Shown piece after piece: positions 1-13,748 of a stretch of DNA of 64,000 bases. Source of the stretch: Octopus vulgaris (Eukaryota); the NCBI GenBank assembly GCA_951406725.2, contig OX597821.1, positions 6,572,001-6,636,000 of the forward strand. Reading direction: 5' to 3'. The translations under genes and the position numbers were made by a program. Under the pieces are notes generated by a model. It did not search any database. It saw only the letters and a program-made list of their open reading frames with translations, and was not told the origin of the DNA. Positions within the stretch are counted from its first letter, which is position 1, and the number at the start of each line of letters is the position of its first letter.

Positions 1-107
1 GAAAATTCTTATTACCTTTCCTATTTCTCTTCCTTCATATCCTGTTATTGTTTTTTTTTTTGTGTGTTTTTGTTTGTTTTTGAATTCTTGCTATACGAAG
101 GGGCAAT

Positions 108-142
<35 letters not shown>

Positions 143-267
143 ACTCATACACATATCGTATACACACACATACAAACACACACCCACGCAAACCACACAC
201 ACACACAACCCGCGCACTCTGGGGGTTTTGGTGAAGTAAACTGGAAAATAGAATACGAAAGCATGAG

Positions 268-321
<54 letters not shown>

Positions 322-440
322 TGTATGTATGTATGTTTGTGTGTGTGTGTGTGTGTCATTGCCTTCGTGCCCTGCGCTTTATCGGGTCACCGAACGAAAC
401 TATCAGCTCTTGAGTTACTGTGTAACTTCTGTCGATTCGT

Positions 441-801
441 GGTTGTGTGGTTAAGAATTTTACTTCCTAATCACATGGTACCCGGTTCAGTCCCATTGCG
501 TGACACCTTGGGCAAGTGTCTCCTACCGCAGCGTCAGACCGACCAGAAACCTTTTGTGTGTGGATTTGGTGGTAAACAAAAAAACTGAAAGAAGCCCGTC
601 GTGTGTATGTGTGTGTGTGGGTGGGGGTGGGGGTCGACCACTGCTTGACAACCGGTATTGGTGTGTTTACGCCCCCGTAAATAGCGGTTCGGCTAAAGAG
701 GTCGATAGAATAAGCGCCAGGCTAAAAAAAAAAAGATGCTTGAAAGCGGTGCTCCAGCATGACCGCAATCTAATGACAAACAAGTGAAGGAATAAAAGAA
801 T
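441..801 (+). mobile_element. tRNA-headed SINE family A, 5'-truncated copy
   Basis: B-box-like GGTTCAGTCCC, CORE-like CCTTGGGCAAGTGTC, internal (GT)n and shared tail GCGGTGCTCCAGCATGACCGC...AATAAAAG; the same sequence recurs more than 10 times in the window. Confidence 0.8.
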
Positions 802-1645
802 ATAAATGTGTGTGTGTGTGTGTGTGCGTGTGTGTATACTCACCACCCATATATATGTATACAAAAACATACACACATACACACATATACTGCAACATTA
901 TTGCGACTGTGAACATTATAATCACAGCCGTCGCTTCTACCAACAGACCAAGCAAACGCAGGGTTCTATGTGTGGTCACTTTCCAGCCTGCTAGAAATAG
1001 CAACAAAATCTCTTCTAAATCTTGTACCTTGGGTCTCGACTGGAACGCTGATGATTATAAGTCTACTCAGTGAAGGTCGACCTGGGGCTTAATTACCATG
1101 ACGACGAATCTACACGGCAGCTCAACCTTCTAGAAATAGCAACCAGAATTCTCTTCAAATTATATCTTATTGTATTAAAATTAGAAGGACACATTGGATA
1201 AAGTAGTATAGTCGAGTCATAGATACATAATAACCACCAACAGATGGGACGGTCATGGCTGGAACAGCTGTGATGATAATTCGTCTGTTTAGGGTTGACA
1301 ATATCAACAACAACAACGCGTGTATCCTCTACGCTGTATCTCAATCTGTTAGAAACAACAGCTAAATGTCCTTGAAATTCCAACATTACCAACAAAAAAT
1401 ATTTCAAAGTATCCATTATATTACGTTGTCTTTTTAGACTGGAGGTCATGGTTGGAAAGTCTTTGGTCATAGGTCCATTTGACCAAGGTTGACAGGAGGT
1501 TAAACAATGTCAACAATAGCAGTATTTTGAATGAATGTCTCGGTGTGCTTGAAATAACAACGAAACATCCTAAAATTACGCCTTAACAAATTGAAAAAAA
1601 ATAAATAACACTTCGGACAGTGTCGTCGTAGATATTTTTTTATCT

Positions 1646-2134
1646 CTTACTTTGTTTTAATCATTGGTCTGTGCCATGCTGGAGCACCGCCTTGAAGGGT
1701 TTGGTCGAACATATCAACCCCCAACATTTATTTTTGTTTTTCAAAGTCTGGTACTTATTCTGTCGATCATTTTTGCCGAACCACTAGGTTACGGGGACGC
1801 TAACAAACCACCATTGGTTGTCAAGTGATTGGTGAGAGACAAACACAAGCACACACATATATGCACATACATACATGCATACATACATACATACATACAT
1901 ACATACATGCATACATACATACATACATACATACATACACACAGACAGACATTCACTCACCCACATTCCCGACGGCCTTCTACGCAATTTCCATTTACCA
2001 AATCCACTTCCAATGTTTGAGTCAATCAGGCGTTAAGGTAGAAGATGTTTGCTCAAGTTGCCGCATAGTAGGACAGAACCCGAGACCAAATGGTTGCAAA
2101 GCGAGTTTCTTAACCACACAGCCAACCTTACGCT
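1646..2134 (-). mobile_element. SINE family A, diverged copy
   Basis: Reverse-strand match: CCATGCTGGAGCACCGCC, GGTTACGGGGACG, internal (TACA)n, TTAACCACACAGCC head. Confidence 0.75.
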
Positions 2135-2334
2135 TATAAAACGAAAGGCGGAATGGGGTGGGCCTGGTTGAGCACAACCAAACCATTGTTAAACGCAGCC
2201 TGGCGATGTTCCTTGACCCCTGCCATTGTCTGACTTTACATTAAGACATAAGTGATAAGTGCTGAATGTGAAATATGAGACTAAACATTTAGTTTTCTTC
2301 CAGTCCATCTCCCCAACCACCAGCCCCACAACTA

Positions 2335-2525
2335 CGAGGGGCTGCTGAAAAATTCCTGGTTGGAAGCCCAACCTTCTGAGTTCTTTTACAGGGCGTAGAA
2401 AAACTGAAGGACTTCTGCAATAAGTGTGTAAATCCGAGACGGGAATATGTTGAATAAAATCATAATTAACTGATCCTCCTGTATTTTCTTTTACCCAAAG
2501 CCAGGAACTTTTCAGTGCCCCCTCA
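2335..2525. mobile_element. Non-autonomous mariner-type MITE
   Basis: TA|CGAGGGGCTGCTGAAAAATTCCTGG ... CCAGGAACTTTTCAGTGCCCCCTCA|TA terminal inverted repeats with TA flanks; related copies at about 16753-16957, 17190-17390 and 36960-37178. Confidence 0.75.
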
Positions 2526-4261
2526 TATATTAAATAGAAATCTGTTTTTAATTTCAGTTATTTAATATTAATTAACAATAAACAATATAAACATTATAAA
2601 CAACACGAAAAAAGTGTAAATTTTCAACGCTGTAGGTTCCTGTTTCAGCTGAGCAATTTCCACATAATTCCTTCTTTATCCCTTTGCACCCAACCTGGTT
2701 CCCTTTACCGCTGCCATACCTGTCCCTTCTTTTCCGACACCCTCCTCCTCACTGGAACCAACTACCAATCATTCTTTCCATCTAACCGACCCCTTCATCT
2801 GTACCTGTACCATTTCTTTTTATAGCTGTAAATGCTCCCTTTGTCAACTTTATACTGGAGCTGGAAAAATATCTGCAGTGCCTTCATTTCTTTGTGTCTT
2901 AAGCCCGGGTTCCTTTTGCTTAATGGCTAATCTGGACCTGATTACAGGCCCAGTTCGACCAGTGCTGACCTGCCAGTTAATCCAGAGATCAGCAACTATT
3001 TTCGTAAAGGCCTATTTTTTAAAATTAATTTTTACATTTTCATGATCCAACACGTATATATTATATGTCTTACATATCAGTCACCGCGCATCCATCAAAA
3101 GCAATGCTTATGTAAGCAAAAATCAAACGAATTGTAAATACAGATGACTATCTAAAAGCCATTAACTGCTCAATGGTCAAGAAATACATCGAATTTGAAA
3201 ATAGTTTTAGAAAAGGTCCAAGGCCCACCTACAGAAAACACTACAAGAGTCTGTTTGTGGGTCACGATTCATCAGTTATTGACCGGCTCCTAGGTTAAAC
3301 AAACCATGCTAGCACCAAGGAGCAGGGCCGTCTTAGTAGGCATTATAGCCCCCACCCCACGGAATTCAATGTACTGGGCTCTATAATATTTATTCATTGA
3401 CAGCAAGCCACGGCATACATAGATCAGAATTGGGCCTAAGACGAATGGGGCTCTCGGGCAACTGTTCTGTGTGTCTATGCCTTAAGATGGTTCTACCAAG
3501 GAGCTGCTATGCAGTCAGAGCCCTCACCATTACAGACCCCCCTCCACCACCACTCCGAGTAAAGAATGTACTGGGGTCACCTACATACACAATCACAACA
3601 ATCATTGATTAGCATTCAGACCCCTGAACCCGTGTAGTCCCCACCTTCGGACAACTGCTTAATGTGCCCATGCATTAAGATGACACTGTATGTAGTGGCA
3701 TCTTGCTACAGGCCCTTCACCAGACTTTGGTGCCTGGGAGTGCTTCAGAATATTCTGGGTGGGCACTAATTTTTGTAAACTATTTTCTAAAGGGTGCATC
3801 ATTGAATAGTGAGGGGGCAATGCCATCCAGTGCACTCCTTTAACGACCGGCATATTAGTCAGACTTCAAGAAATGTATCGAAGGAAGATATTTGTAAACT
3901 ATATTTTCGAAATCTGAGGGTGCACCATTGTGTAGTGAGGGGGCGCAGTGCCGTCCAGTGCATCCCCTTAGCGCCAGGCATGACCTGTTAGAAATAACAG
4001 ATAGATCTCCCTCCCAATTGCACAACCTACTGCAGTGGCTCGCAGTCCTTGTGACTTCGTGGTACACGGAAATTAAATATGCAATTACTGGAACACTCTT
4101 CAAATGGAAATTTTAAATCAAAATGCGTTTTATAGTAGAAATATTTAGGAAAAACCATAGGAAACTATTGCTTATTGTATATAGCACAATTATGAAGGAT
4201 ATGGTTTTCAATATATTCAACCATTAGCCTGGATTTCCTAAAGCCATTGTTTTTTTTTCCA

Positions 4262-4655
4262 TGTGTCTCAGTCATTGGACTGCGACCATTCTGGGGCACC
4301 ACTTTTAAGGGTTTAGTAAAACAAATCGATCCCATTATTTACTCTCTAGGTCTGGTACTCTGTCGATCTTTTTTGCCTAACTTCTAAGTTAGAGAAGTGT
4401 AAATAAACTGACACCGGTTGTCAAGCACTTGGAGAATAGACATGCATACGTACATACATACGCACCCACATGCATACATTCACACACACGTGACAGGCTC
4501 CCTCACTGTTTCCGACCAGCATATTCATTCACAAGGCATTAGTCGGTCTGGGTCTATTGTTGAAGGTACTTGACCAAGGTGTCGCGCTGTGAGACTGAAC
4601 CTCAAACCAGCGTGACTGCAAAGCGAACTTCTTAACCACAGGGCCAAGCCTGCCC
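4262..4655 (-). mobile_element. SINE family A, old diverged copy
   Basis: Degenerate match to family A along its whole length (CAGTCATTGGACTGCG...CCAAGGTGTCGCGCTGTGAGACTGAACC). Confidence 0.65.
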
Positions 4656-5039
4656 CTTATTTATTATTATTTTTTAGAACCGCGGTTCGCATGGTTACTC
4701 TTTGCAGTACACTGTTTGACTTACCGCTATCCCTACTGACTTGGCTACGAAAGATACGTAGTACTTGATATAGATAAACCAGTTCTGTAAATAAGACGAA
4801 GTGGGCATAGCTGGATTGTATTTGATCATAGGTCTTCGCCTCTATCAGGGCTGACTTGTGGTTTAACAACAACAGCAATTGTTTTCACCATGTCACCTCC
4901 CCGACCCCTTTTTTTTTCAGAGTCACAACGCTGCACAGCAATATGATAACCCTCGGGCGTATTGTGTGGAGGTTCCAACCACGTCCGTGTCGTTTTGTTT
5001 ACAGAAGTTTATCCATAGCTACATAAGCACATTTCCCCT

Positions 5040-5240
5040 CCACAGGTCGCTCGACCTGCTAATATATCAGTCAAATTCTCTTCAAATCACACACACACAC
5101 CGTCTTAGGAAAAGGGATACATTCGATAATGAGGTTCTGAGTTCCCTGCATATAGAGAAATGACTAGATAGCCATGACTGGACTGCCTTTGATCACAGAT
5201 CTACTCGATCGGGGTTGACCTGGGGAACAACAACAACAAC
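5040..5240. mobile_element. Old abundant SINE-like repeat (GTTGTTTAGCCCCAGGTCAG / GCTGCTATTTCTAG family), representative copy
   Basis: Shared motifs TTGATCATAGGTCT...GACCTGGGG(C)TAAACAACAAC and AGAAATAGCAGCCAAATCTC recur at about 990-1310, 5550-5760, 7525-7735, 12290-12460, 13125-13300, 24595-24750, 32145-32370 and 49730-49890. Confidence 0.6.
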
Positions 5241-5964
5241 AAGAGTGCTTCTGTCTTAGCAAGCATGGTCTTTTGATTTGGTAGAAATAACAGCTAACTT
5301 ACTCTCAAATTACCTTGCCTTCATCATCTTCAACCAACGAAATGCTCTACATTGGACTAGTGTAGCCATGGATGACATCCCTTCACTTTCCTCCTGTATA
5401 CCCAAAAGGAATCCTACTCTGTTAAAGGGTTAAAACAACACTACCACCACCAATATCCATCTCCCCTTTTCCTCTCATCATCATCATCATCATCAAGATG
5501 AACTGCAAAGTAACGGGAGCAGATAGTTAACGACTCCTTATTGTTTGCTGTTGTTTAGCCCTTGGTCAGTCCAAATTCGAGCAAAGGTGTGTGGAAAGGC
5601 ATCCCATCCGCAGCCATTACGTTTTTATTCCTCAAGTGCTGGGAACCCTGGATCATGTTATCTAAATGTGTCCTTCTTATTTTAAGATATTTTCCTTTTT
5701 GTAAGAGGAAAGGGTGAAATTTGAGAGGGAATTGGCTACCATTTCTAACAACTTTAGCTATCACATGAAGACTGAAGACTGTCATTGGTTCGTATGGTGG
5801 TGATGATGATGGTGGTTGAAGAGAGACTAGTTTTGGTGGTGGCGTTGGTGATCGAAATTGTGGCATTCGGTAGAGGCGGTCATGGTGGATAGTCGTGCAG
5901 GAATCGGTTTCGTTATTTTCTAAATTTATTCAGCGGTTCTTATACGGCACACAAACATCATAAT

Positions 5965-6184
5965 ATACACACACACACATATATATATACACACATACAT
6001 ACATATATTTATATCCATCCATCCATCCATCCATCCATCCATCCATACATGCATACATACATACATACATACATACATACATACATACATACACGTACTC
6101 ATGCAGAGTCTGAATTAGATACATAAAAATATATACACATATATACATACATGATGCATACACACACTTAAATAGACACACATG

Positions 6185-6219
<35 letters not shown>

Positions 6220-6228
6220 GTGGGTAGG

Positions 6229-6283
<55 letters not shown>

Positions 6284-6292
6284 GTGGGTAGG

Positions 6293-6335
<43 letters not shown>

Positions 6336-6480
6336 GTGGGTAGGTAGATAGATAGATAGATAGATAGACAGACAGGTGGGTAGGTAGATAGATAGATAGA
6401 TAGATAGAGCATCCATCCATCTCTCCCTCCCTCCATCCATACAGGCATGCATACAGACATGCATACATACACACACACAT
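5965..6480. repeat. Compound tetranucleotide microsatellite (ATCC/TACA/TAGA/GACA) with a higher-order unit containing CAGGTGGGTAGG
   Basis: Directly visible; the unit GACAGACAGGTGGGTAGGTAGATAGATA occurs 4 times between about 6200 and 6410. Confidence 0.9.
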
Positions 6481-6890
6481 ACGTATTTGTTGATATTGGC
6501 AAAAGGCTCGGGTGTCATCGCCACCCGACAGACATACATACTCCTAAAGATATGTGTCTCTTCCGACTCGGTGTTTAAACACCTGCAACTCTCTCTCTTC
6601 TCTCTCTCCTTCTCGTCTCCTCTCCTTTCTAGCACTCATCCGCCTCTCTCTCTCTTTCTTTCATTCTAAATACGCCTTTCATAAAAAGACCTTTCGCCAG
6701 ATCTTCTCATCCGAATATGACCATCCCGTTTGAATCGATGTCTCTACGTTTACCTCTACCCACCATCTTTTACCTCCATTCTTCCCCCACCCCGCTTTCA
6801 TTCATCTTTTCCACGCCACCACCCCTGACTTCACCCCGTCACTGCATCATTCATTGACCTCTCCCCACTCCTCGCCTCATATCGCCCGAC

Positions 6891-6940
6891 ATTGTCTCGC
6901 GAGACAATTGGCCACAGCGAAGCAAGATGTTCCGGTTTCG
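6891..6940. promoter_or_regulatory. Candidate CpG-rich promoter: TCTCGCGAGA element in an 18-bp palindrome, with adjacent ATTGG and TTCCGG motifs
   Basis: ATTGTCTCGCGAGACAAT at 6891-6908, reverse CCAAT (ATTGG) at 6907-6911 and ETS-like TTCCGG at about 6930, all in unique CpG-rich sequence. Confidence 0.5.
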
Positions 6941-8122
6941 CTTCTCGGTAGTAAAACGTTTTATCGTTTTATGTTAATTACGACCTCGTGAATGGCATCC
7001 ATTTTACAACCGCCGTTTTACCTTTTTTTATTACACACACACACACACACACACATACACACACGTAGATATGTGTGTGTGTGTGTGTATGTGTGTGTTT
7101 GCATATACATATAATGTATATGTATACATATGCAGATACCCACACTAACTTCTCTACCTTCCCACACACACACGCACACACACACACACACACGAATATG
7201 GAATAAGAGAAATAAAGGAGTGATGACAATCATGCTTCTCCATGTTATTACTGATGAAGATGATGATGATGATGATGCGGAGGAGGAGGGTCGGCGTGAG
7301 TGTAACATTAAGTAGCAGAGGACCCGAAAGGGTTGTGACATGGTTATATGTTTGTTAGGAGTTCCAACTATGACCATCCCGTCTTTTCGTAAATGTAAGA
7401 CTACACCCTCTTTTTGTGTTCGTTGGAATTTTAAAAATGACAGAATGTGATTCGAGGAACGGTTGGTTAATATTTCTAGCAAGTCAAACGCCCACGTCGT
7501 CCTCAGGCCAGCTCGTTGGCGGTTTTGTTTAACCCCAGCCTAGTTCTGATCCGGCAGGAGGCTTATCTGTTATTAAATGTTTCCCAATCCTGATTAACCG
7601 ATATATTTTTCCGTTTAAGGCTTAACGTATCTAGGACTACATTATTTAATGTCTTACTTTTTTTTTTTTTTTTTTTACGTGGAAAATCTTTGTGTGATTT
7701 TTTAGGGGAGATTTTGCTGCTATTTCTAGCAATTGCGTAAAGGCTTCAGCGTCAGTTCACGGAAAATTATAATAATGTGAGGCACACGCTGCTTGGAATC
7801 AAAATTATGTCACAGTCTCGATTTACCGATTCTGTATTATATTACTCTCCGCCACCCCCCTCTCTCTCTCTCTTCCTCTTTGTCGTATATGTGCATGTAT
7901 GCATGTGTGTGTGTGTGCATACCTGCATGCATTTACGCACACACGCACCCAAATAAAAGGCGCTGGGGAGCGCCTCGTGCAATCTTTGATTACATGTTGA
8001 GCTCGGCAGTGGCTTCCTCACTCCATCCCAGTATCCAGTCGGAGTACGACTCGGGTATTAATCGAGAGAGAAACTAGTGAACGGAATACAAGCCAAATAA
8101 TAGTCTAACAGTAAATACACAC

Positions 8123-8537
8123 AGACGCAGGAGTGGCTGTGTGGTAAAGTACCTTGCTTACGAACCACATGGTTCCGGGTTCAGTCCCACTGCGTGGCAC
8201 CTTGGACAAATGTCTTCTACTATCGCCCCGGGCCGACCAAAGCCTTGTGAATGGATTTAGTAGACGGAAACTGAAAGAAGCCCGTCGTATATGTGTATTT
8301 GTATGTATGTATATATGTGTGTGTGTTTCCGTGTCTGTGTTTGTACCCCCATCATCGCTTGACAACCGAAGCTGGTGTGTTTACGTCCCCGTAACTTAGC
8401 GGTTCGGCAAAAAGAGACCGATAGAATAAGTGCTGGGCTTACAAAAGAATAAGTCCTAGGGCCACTTTGCTCGACTAAAGGCGGTACTCCAGCATGGCCG
8501 CAGTCAAATGACCGAAACAAGTAAAAGAATAAAAGGA
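8123..8537 (+). mobile_element. SINE family A, near full-length
   Basis: Head GCAGGAGTGGCTGTGTGGTAAG (A box)...GGTTCAGTCCC (B box), body, and A-rich tail AAAAGAATAAAAG. Confidence 0.85.
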
Positions 8538-8845
8538 TATACAGAAAACAGTAATGGAATCCAATACTTTATAGAATAAAACACGAGTTGAGCATTAAGA
8601 GTACGGCACCTGTTTTCAAATACCACCGACGTCGACTTCACCTTTCTTCCTTGCGTGGTCGATAAAAAATGGGCCAGTCGAGCACTAGAGTCGATATAAT
8701 CGATTAGTCCCCTACCCTCAAATTTCAGGCCATTTGCCAAAATTAGGAAGAATTATTACCATCATTATTATTTTTTCTACTCTAGGCAGAGGGCCCGGAA
8801 TTTTGGGGGAGGGGGGCCTTGTCGATTACACTGGCGCAACTGGTA

Positions 8846-9240
8846 CTCTTTTACTTGTTTCAGTCACTTGACAGTGGCCATGCTGGAGCACCGCCTTTAG
8901 TCGAGCAAATCGACCCCAGGAGTTATTCTTTGTAAGCCTAGTACCTATTCTATCGGTCTCTTTTGCCGAACCGCTACGTTATGGGGAGGTAGACACACCA
9001 ACATCGGTTGTCAAGCCATGAGGTGGGGGGACAAACACAGACAAACATATACACACACACATACATATATATATATACGACGGGCTTCTTTCAGTTTCCG
9101 TCTCCCAAATCTACTCATAAGGCTTTGGTCGGCCCAAGGCTATATTAGAAGACACTTGCCCAAGGTGCCACGCAGTGGGACTGAACCCAGAACCATGTGG
9201 TTCGTAAGCAAGCTACTTACCACACAACCACTCCTACACC
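8846..9240 (-). mobile_element. SINE family A, near full-length
   Basis: Reverse complement of the copy at 8123-8537. Confidence 0.85.
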
Positions 9241-9257
9241 TACTTAATTTATCCTAT

Positions 9258-9573
9258 TTAATTTATCGACCCCGAAAGGATGAAAGGCAAAGTCGACCTC
9301 GGCGAAATTTCAACTCAGAACGTAAAGACAAACGAAATACCTATTTCTTTACTACCCACAAGGGGCTAAACACAGAAGGGACAAACAAAAACAGACAAAC
9401 GGATTAAGTGGAATATATCGACCCCAGTGCGTAACTGGTACTTATTTAATCGACCCCGAAAGGATGAAAGGCAAAGTCGACCTCGGCGGAATTTGAACTC
9501 AGAACGTAGCGGCAGGCGAAATACCGCTGAGTATTTCGCCCGGCGTGCTAACCACTCTGCCATCTCACCGCCT
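9258..9573 (-). mobile_element. SINE family B (GGCGGCGAGCTGGCAG head), full copy plus partial tandem copy
   Basis: Reverse match to 14257-14489; ATCGACCCCGAAAGGATGAAAGGCAAAGTCGACCTCGGCG is present twice. Confidence 0.8.
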
Positions 9574-9934
9574 TTCATCATCATTATTATTTTTACTGTC
9601 AATGCCATGGAGTGACAAAATCTTTAGTACGCCGGACAAAATGCTTAGCGGCATCTCGTCCGTCTTTACGTTCTGAATTCTACTGTCGACTTTGCTTTCA
9701 AACCATTCGGGGTCGATGAAATAAGTACAGGTCGAATACAGATGTTGATGTAATCGACTAGCCCCCCCCCCCGGCCTTGTGCTTTTATAAAAGAAAAGAT
9801 ACATACATACCCACATACATACATACTTATATATCTACGTATGCATATATGTTTGGGTGTGAGTAGTACGAGAGCCCCACAGTGTGTGTATACATATGTA
9901 GGCGTGTATATATGTGCGTATGTATCGCCATCGT

Positions 9935-10200
9935 TAATTTTATGTCTGTTTTCCCGTGCTTTCATGGGTTGGATGAATTTCCTTGTCACTTGCGGGGCCT
10001 CGATGTATCCTTCGATACGAAGATCAGTTTTTACCACGCTTTCCAAAACGTCTTCCCTCGTTTTCATCTTCTGCAACAAATTCCTTCCACTTACATCACT
10101 TGTCACTTCGTCCCATCGTTATCTCTTCATACACTTCACATGGCCATTCCAACACAGTCTCCTCTCTTGGTACAACTGATTCCTTTAAGGTTCAGTTCCC
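9935..10200 (-). mobile_element. Degenerate RTE-type LINE 3' fragment
   Basis: Minus-strand translation contains [13 protein letters not shown], resembling the RRLRWxGHVxRM motif C-terminal to RTE reverse transcriptase. Confidence 0.5.
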
Positions 10201-10231
10201 CCACCCCACCCCAGTTCATTTGTAACCGTCG

Positions 10232-10276
<45 letters not shown>

Positions 10277-10370
10277 CGTGCGCATTCGTATGTACGTACT
10301 TACGTATGCACATTTGTGTGTCTATGTGTATATTCATTCCCGGTTTTATTTTTCAGATTACTCGCCCACC

Positions 10371-10750
<380 letters not shown>

Positions 10751-11011
10751 TGTAAGAAAATACAAACTGGGACAAATATATATATATATATAGCGGCGCC
10801 CGTACCCTTTTGGTCTGATATATATATATATATACATGTACGCTATACATATGATAACATACCTGTCATTGCATAGTTCTTTGAATAAGCAGTTACATAC
10901 ATACACAGACACGCGCACATGCATTTTATGCATACATATATACATATATATACATACATATCAGTGACGTATGGTGGTTGTTGTCACTCCCAATGCCACC
11001 AAATTTCAAAA

Positions 11012-11392
11012 GGGATCTTTACCTTTTGACCGATAAATTAAAAGACTAGCTCTAACCCTAAAACCCTAACCTTAAAACCTTAAAGCCAAAACCACTACAA
11101 ACGCACGAACGATGTCATCATAAATAACAGTGACTAACGAAATATACACCGCCGAGAGTTGTTGACAAACAATGGCAGTAATTTTATTCAGCTGAATACA
11201 CGTCGTTGATTGGTTGAAATTAACGAAATACGACAACTTCAACAAGAAATAACTTCCAAAATACAGAATTTTCTCAACAACGCCAAGAGTAAAAGATGTT
11301 TTATGTGACACATTCTACAAGTATACGAAGTTTGAAAGTATTTAGTTACAAAACATTGTTTTTCAAATCTGTAGGTCAAAAGCTAAAGATCC
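11012..11392. mobile_element. Non-autonomous TIR DNA element with internal TAACCC-like repeats
   Basis: GGATCTTTACCTTTTGACC ... GGTCAAAAGCTAAAGATCC inverted termini; internal CTAACCCTAAAACCCTAACC. Confidence 0.55.
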
Positions 11393-12862
11393 TTCAATGG
11401 TTTTCCATAAAGATTTGTGATTAAATCAATGAATACGATTAATATTTATAATAAATTTGCCATTTATTGGAATATACGCCCCTGATACAAATATAATGTA
11501 AATCTTTAATCCATGCCCTACAAATGATCGCGATATCTAAGACTATAAAAAGATTTAAAGGCTGTCGGTTACATCAAGATACTTTCCGGCGGAGGTACAG
11601 AATATGTACACCATCCGTTTTCGGCATAACCCTAACCTTAATCCTAACCCTAAACACCGGGTGTGCGTATTCTTTACCTTCGCTATACTTTCCTTCACAA
11701 TCTTGCTACCAAGTCGGTGGCCGGTCAGAATTACTCTAGTTAAGAAGAAGAAAAAGGACATACATCCATACTTACGTACCTACATACAAACCTACGTACA
11801 TACATACATACATACATACATACATACATACAGTTTCATTCATACATTTTTGCATGCGCCCTAATCCCAAATGGTAGAAAAAATAGGCACTCCAAATACA
11901 CTACACTCACAGTGTTGGTCATATTCAAGGATGGTATGCATCTACCCCATTCACGGTGTTGACTGATTTCAGGGTGGAGAAATATGGCATGATTTTCTAA
12001 GCAGTATATTTCAAACAGCGGTACAAAACCACGCTTTTCTTGTGTGAAAATAGTAGAACCGGTTACGATCGACCCCAGGATGGTTGAAAGATTAAGTCAA
12101 CCAAAGCCCCAGGATTTGAACTCAAAGCGTAAAATAGACAAAAATAACCAATAAATAGTCGTTGCTTGGAGTTCCGGGTGTCACTATAAAACTCGTGACT
12201 GAACAAAGAAGTCGTCTCATTTGTTGCTCAACCGACTTAACAACACCGTTACTCTCTTCTAATGTTAAGAGCTTTTTACATTTTCATTTGACCTGTTAGA
12301 AATAGCAGCCAATGTACCCTCAAAACACACCCAACCGCCTTGCACTCATTGGCCAATGTTGTTTTGGGTATACAAAAATGACGGAATGTTTGCTACTGTT
12401 GTACCTTTAATCATAGATCTATTCAACCAAAGATGACCCGGGGCTAAACAATATCAACAACACTGACACCGTTAATTCATGTTGTTGTTGTTGTTAGCAT
12501 GTCCACGTGACTTACGTAAACTATGTTTGTAAACAAACTACGGTTGCAAAGCAATGAAGCATCGCCAACCGCCAGTATCACAATTGCTATGGCAAGGTTC
12601 CGTCCTCTCACCTGATCTCTTTGATCTGTCTTTTAATTCTTTCTATATTTTTGTTGTTCCACGTTCTGTCACACCATTCCTAGTTGCTATCGTATTGTCT
12701 CAGGAAAATCCTGATTCACTAGACCTATGATAAAAGGCGTTCCAGCACTGACCATCCCGTCTTTTATTCAGACAATATAATGTAGGCCTATATTATCCAA
12801 TGTTGCTTTCTGCTTCTTAAAGTAGGTCGGATATAGTTTGAGAGAGAGAGAGAGAGAGAAAA

Positions 12863-12896
<34 letters not shown>

Positions 12897-13697
12897 TGAG
12901 AGAGAGAGAGAGAGAGACTTGACTGCTAATTCTCGCAAGTCATGTGACTACGCAGAGTCTCACTCATTGGTTGGATGGTACGTCGACGTCAGGTCTTTGA
13001 TCTGGCAGCACGTGAAGATGAAAATAGTGTCACACTGTTTGAATGTCATCATCACCGTTGCTATGGGACACTCACTCCAGGCTGTTTCCTGCAATATCGA
13101 TTTCTGTTTATATGCAGAAAGTTATTGTTGTTTAGCCCCAGGTCAGCCTGACCGTGCAGACCTCCTATGATCAAAGGTGTGTCAGATGCGACCATCCTGT
13201 CCTTATATTATCATATATGTATGTATGTTTGCATGCATGCCTGTATGAATTAGCCATGGCTTGAGGGAGGAGCTTTGGCTGCTATTTCTAGCAGACCGAG
13301 CGAGTGCATGCATGTGTTCCTTGTTAATTCGTATTGTCGTAGAGAAGACCATCGCTGTATTATTCAGGTTTTTCTGTCGAGGTGAATCTGTGAAGTTGAT
13401 GCCTCTCCAAAAAGTGGAAATAAAATTTGATTGTAGTTGTCCCTTACGGGTTTCATTCACTGGACTTCTGCTACACTAGGTTTCTACTGTTCCCTTTTCT
13501 TTTTGTGTGCTTTTGTATTATGCTCCTCGCCGCTTACTGCTTATTTCCGTCTGGCCCTTATTTTAACGATTCCCATTTGTTGAATGTCTAAGTTAGCTTT
13601 CGACGTAAAGGGACACAACTCGAAGCTTTGTTTTGTTTTACGTCGGGTCACATACATAAAATGCATGGTATACAGGTGTGTGTGTGTGTATACATAC

Positions 13698-13748
<51 letters not shown>

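Noticed and set aside
3770-3982. Degenerate ~120-bp direct repeat (GTGAGGGGGC...CCAGTGCA)
   Set aside because: Only two diverged units, most likely part of an old DNA-transposon remnant; no further structure seen
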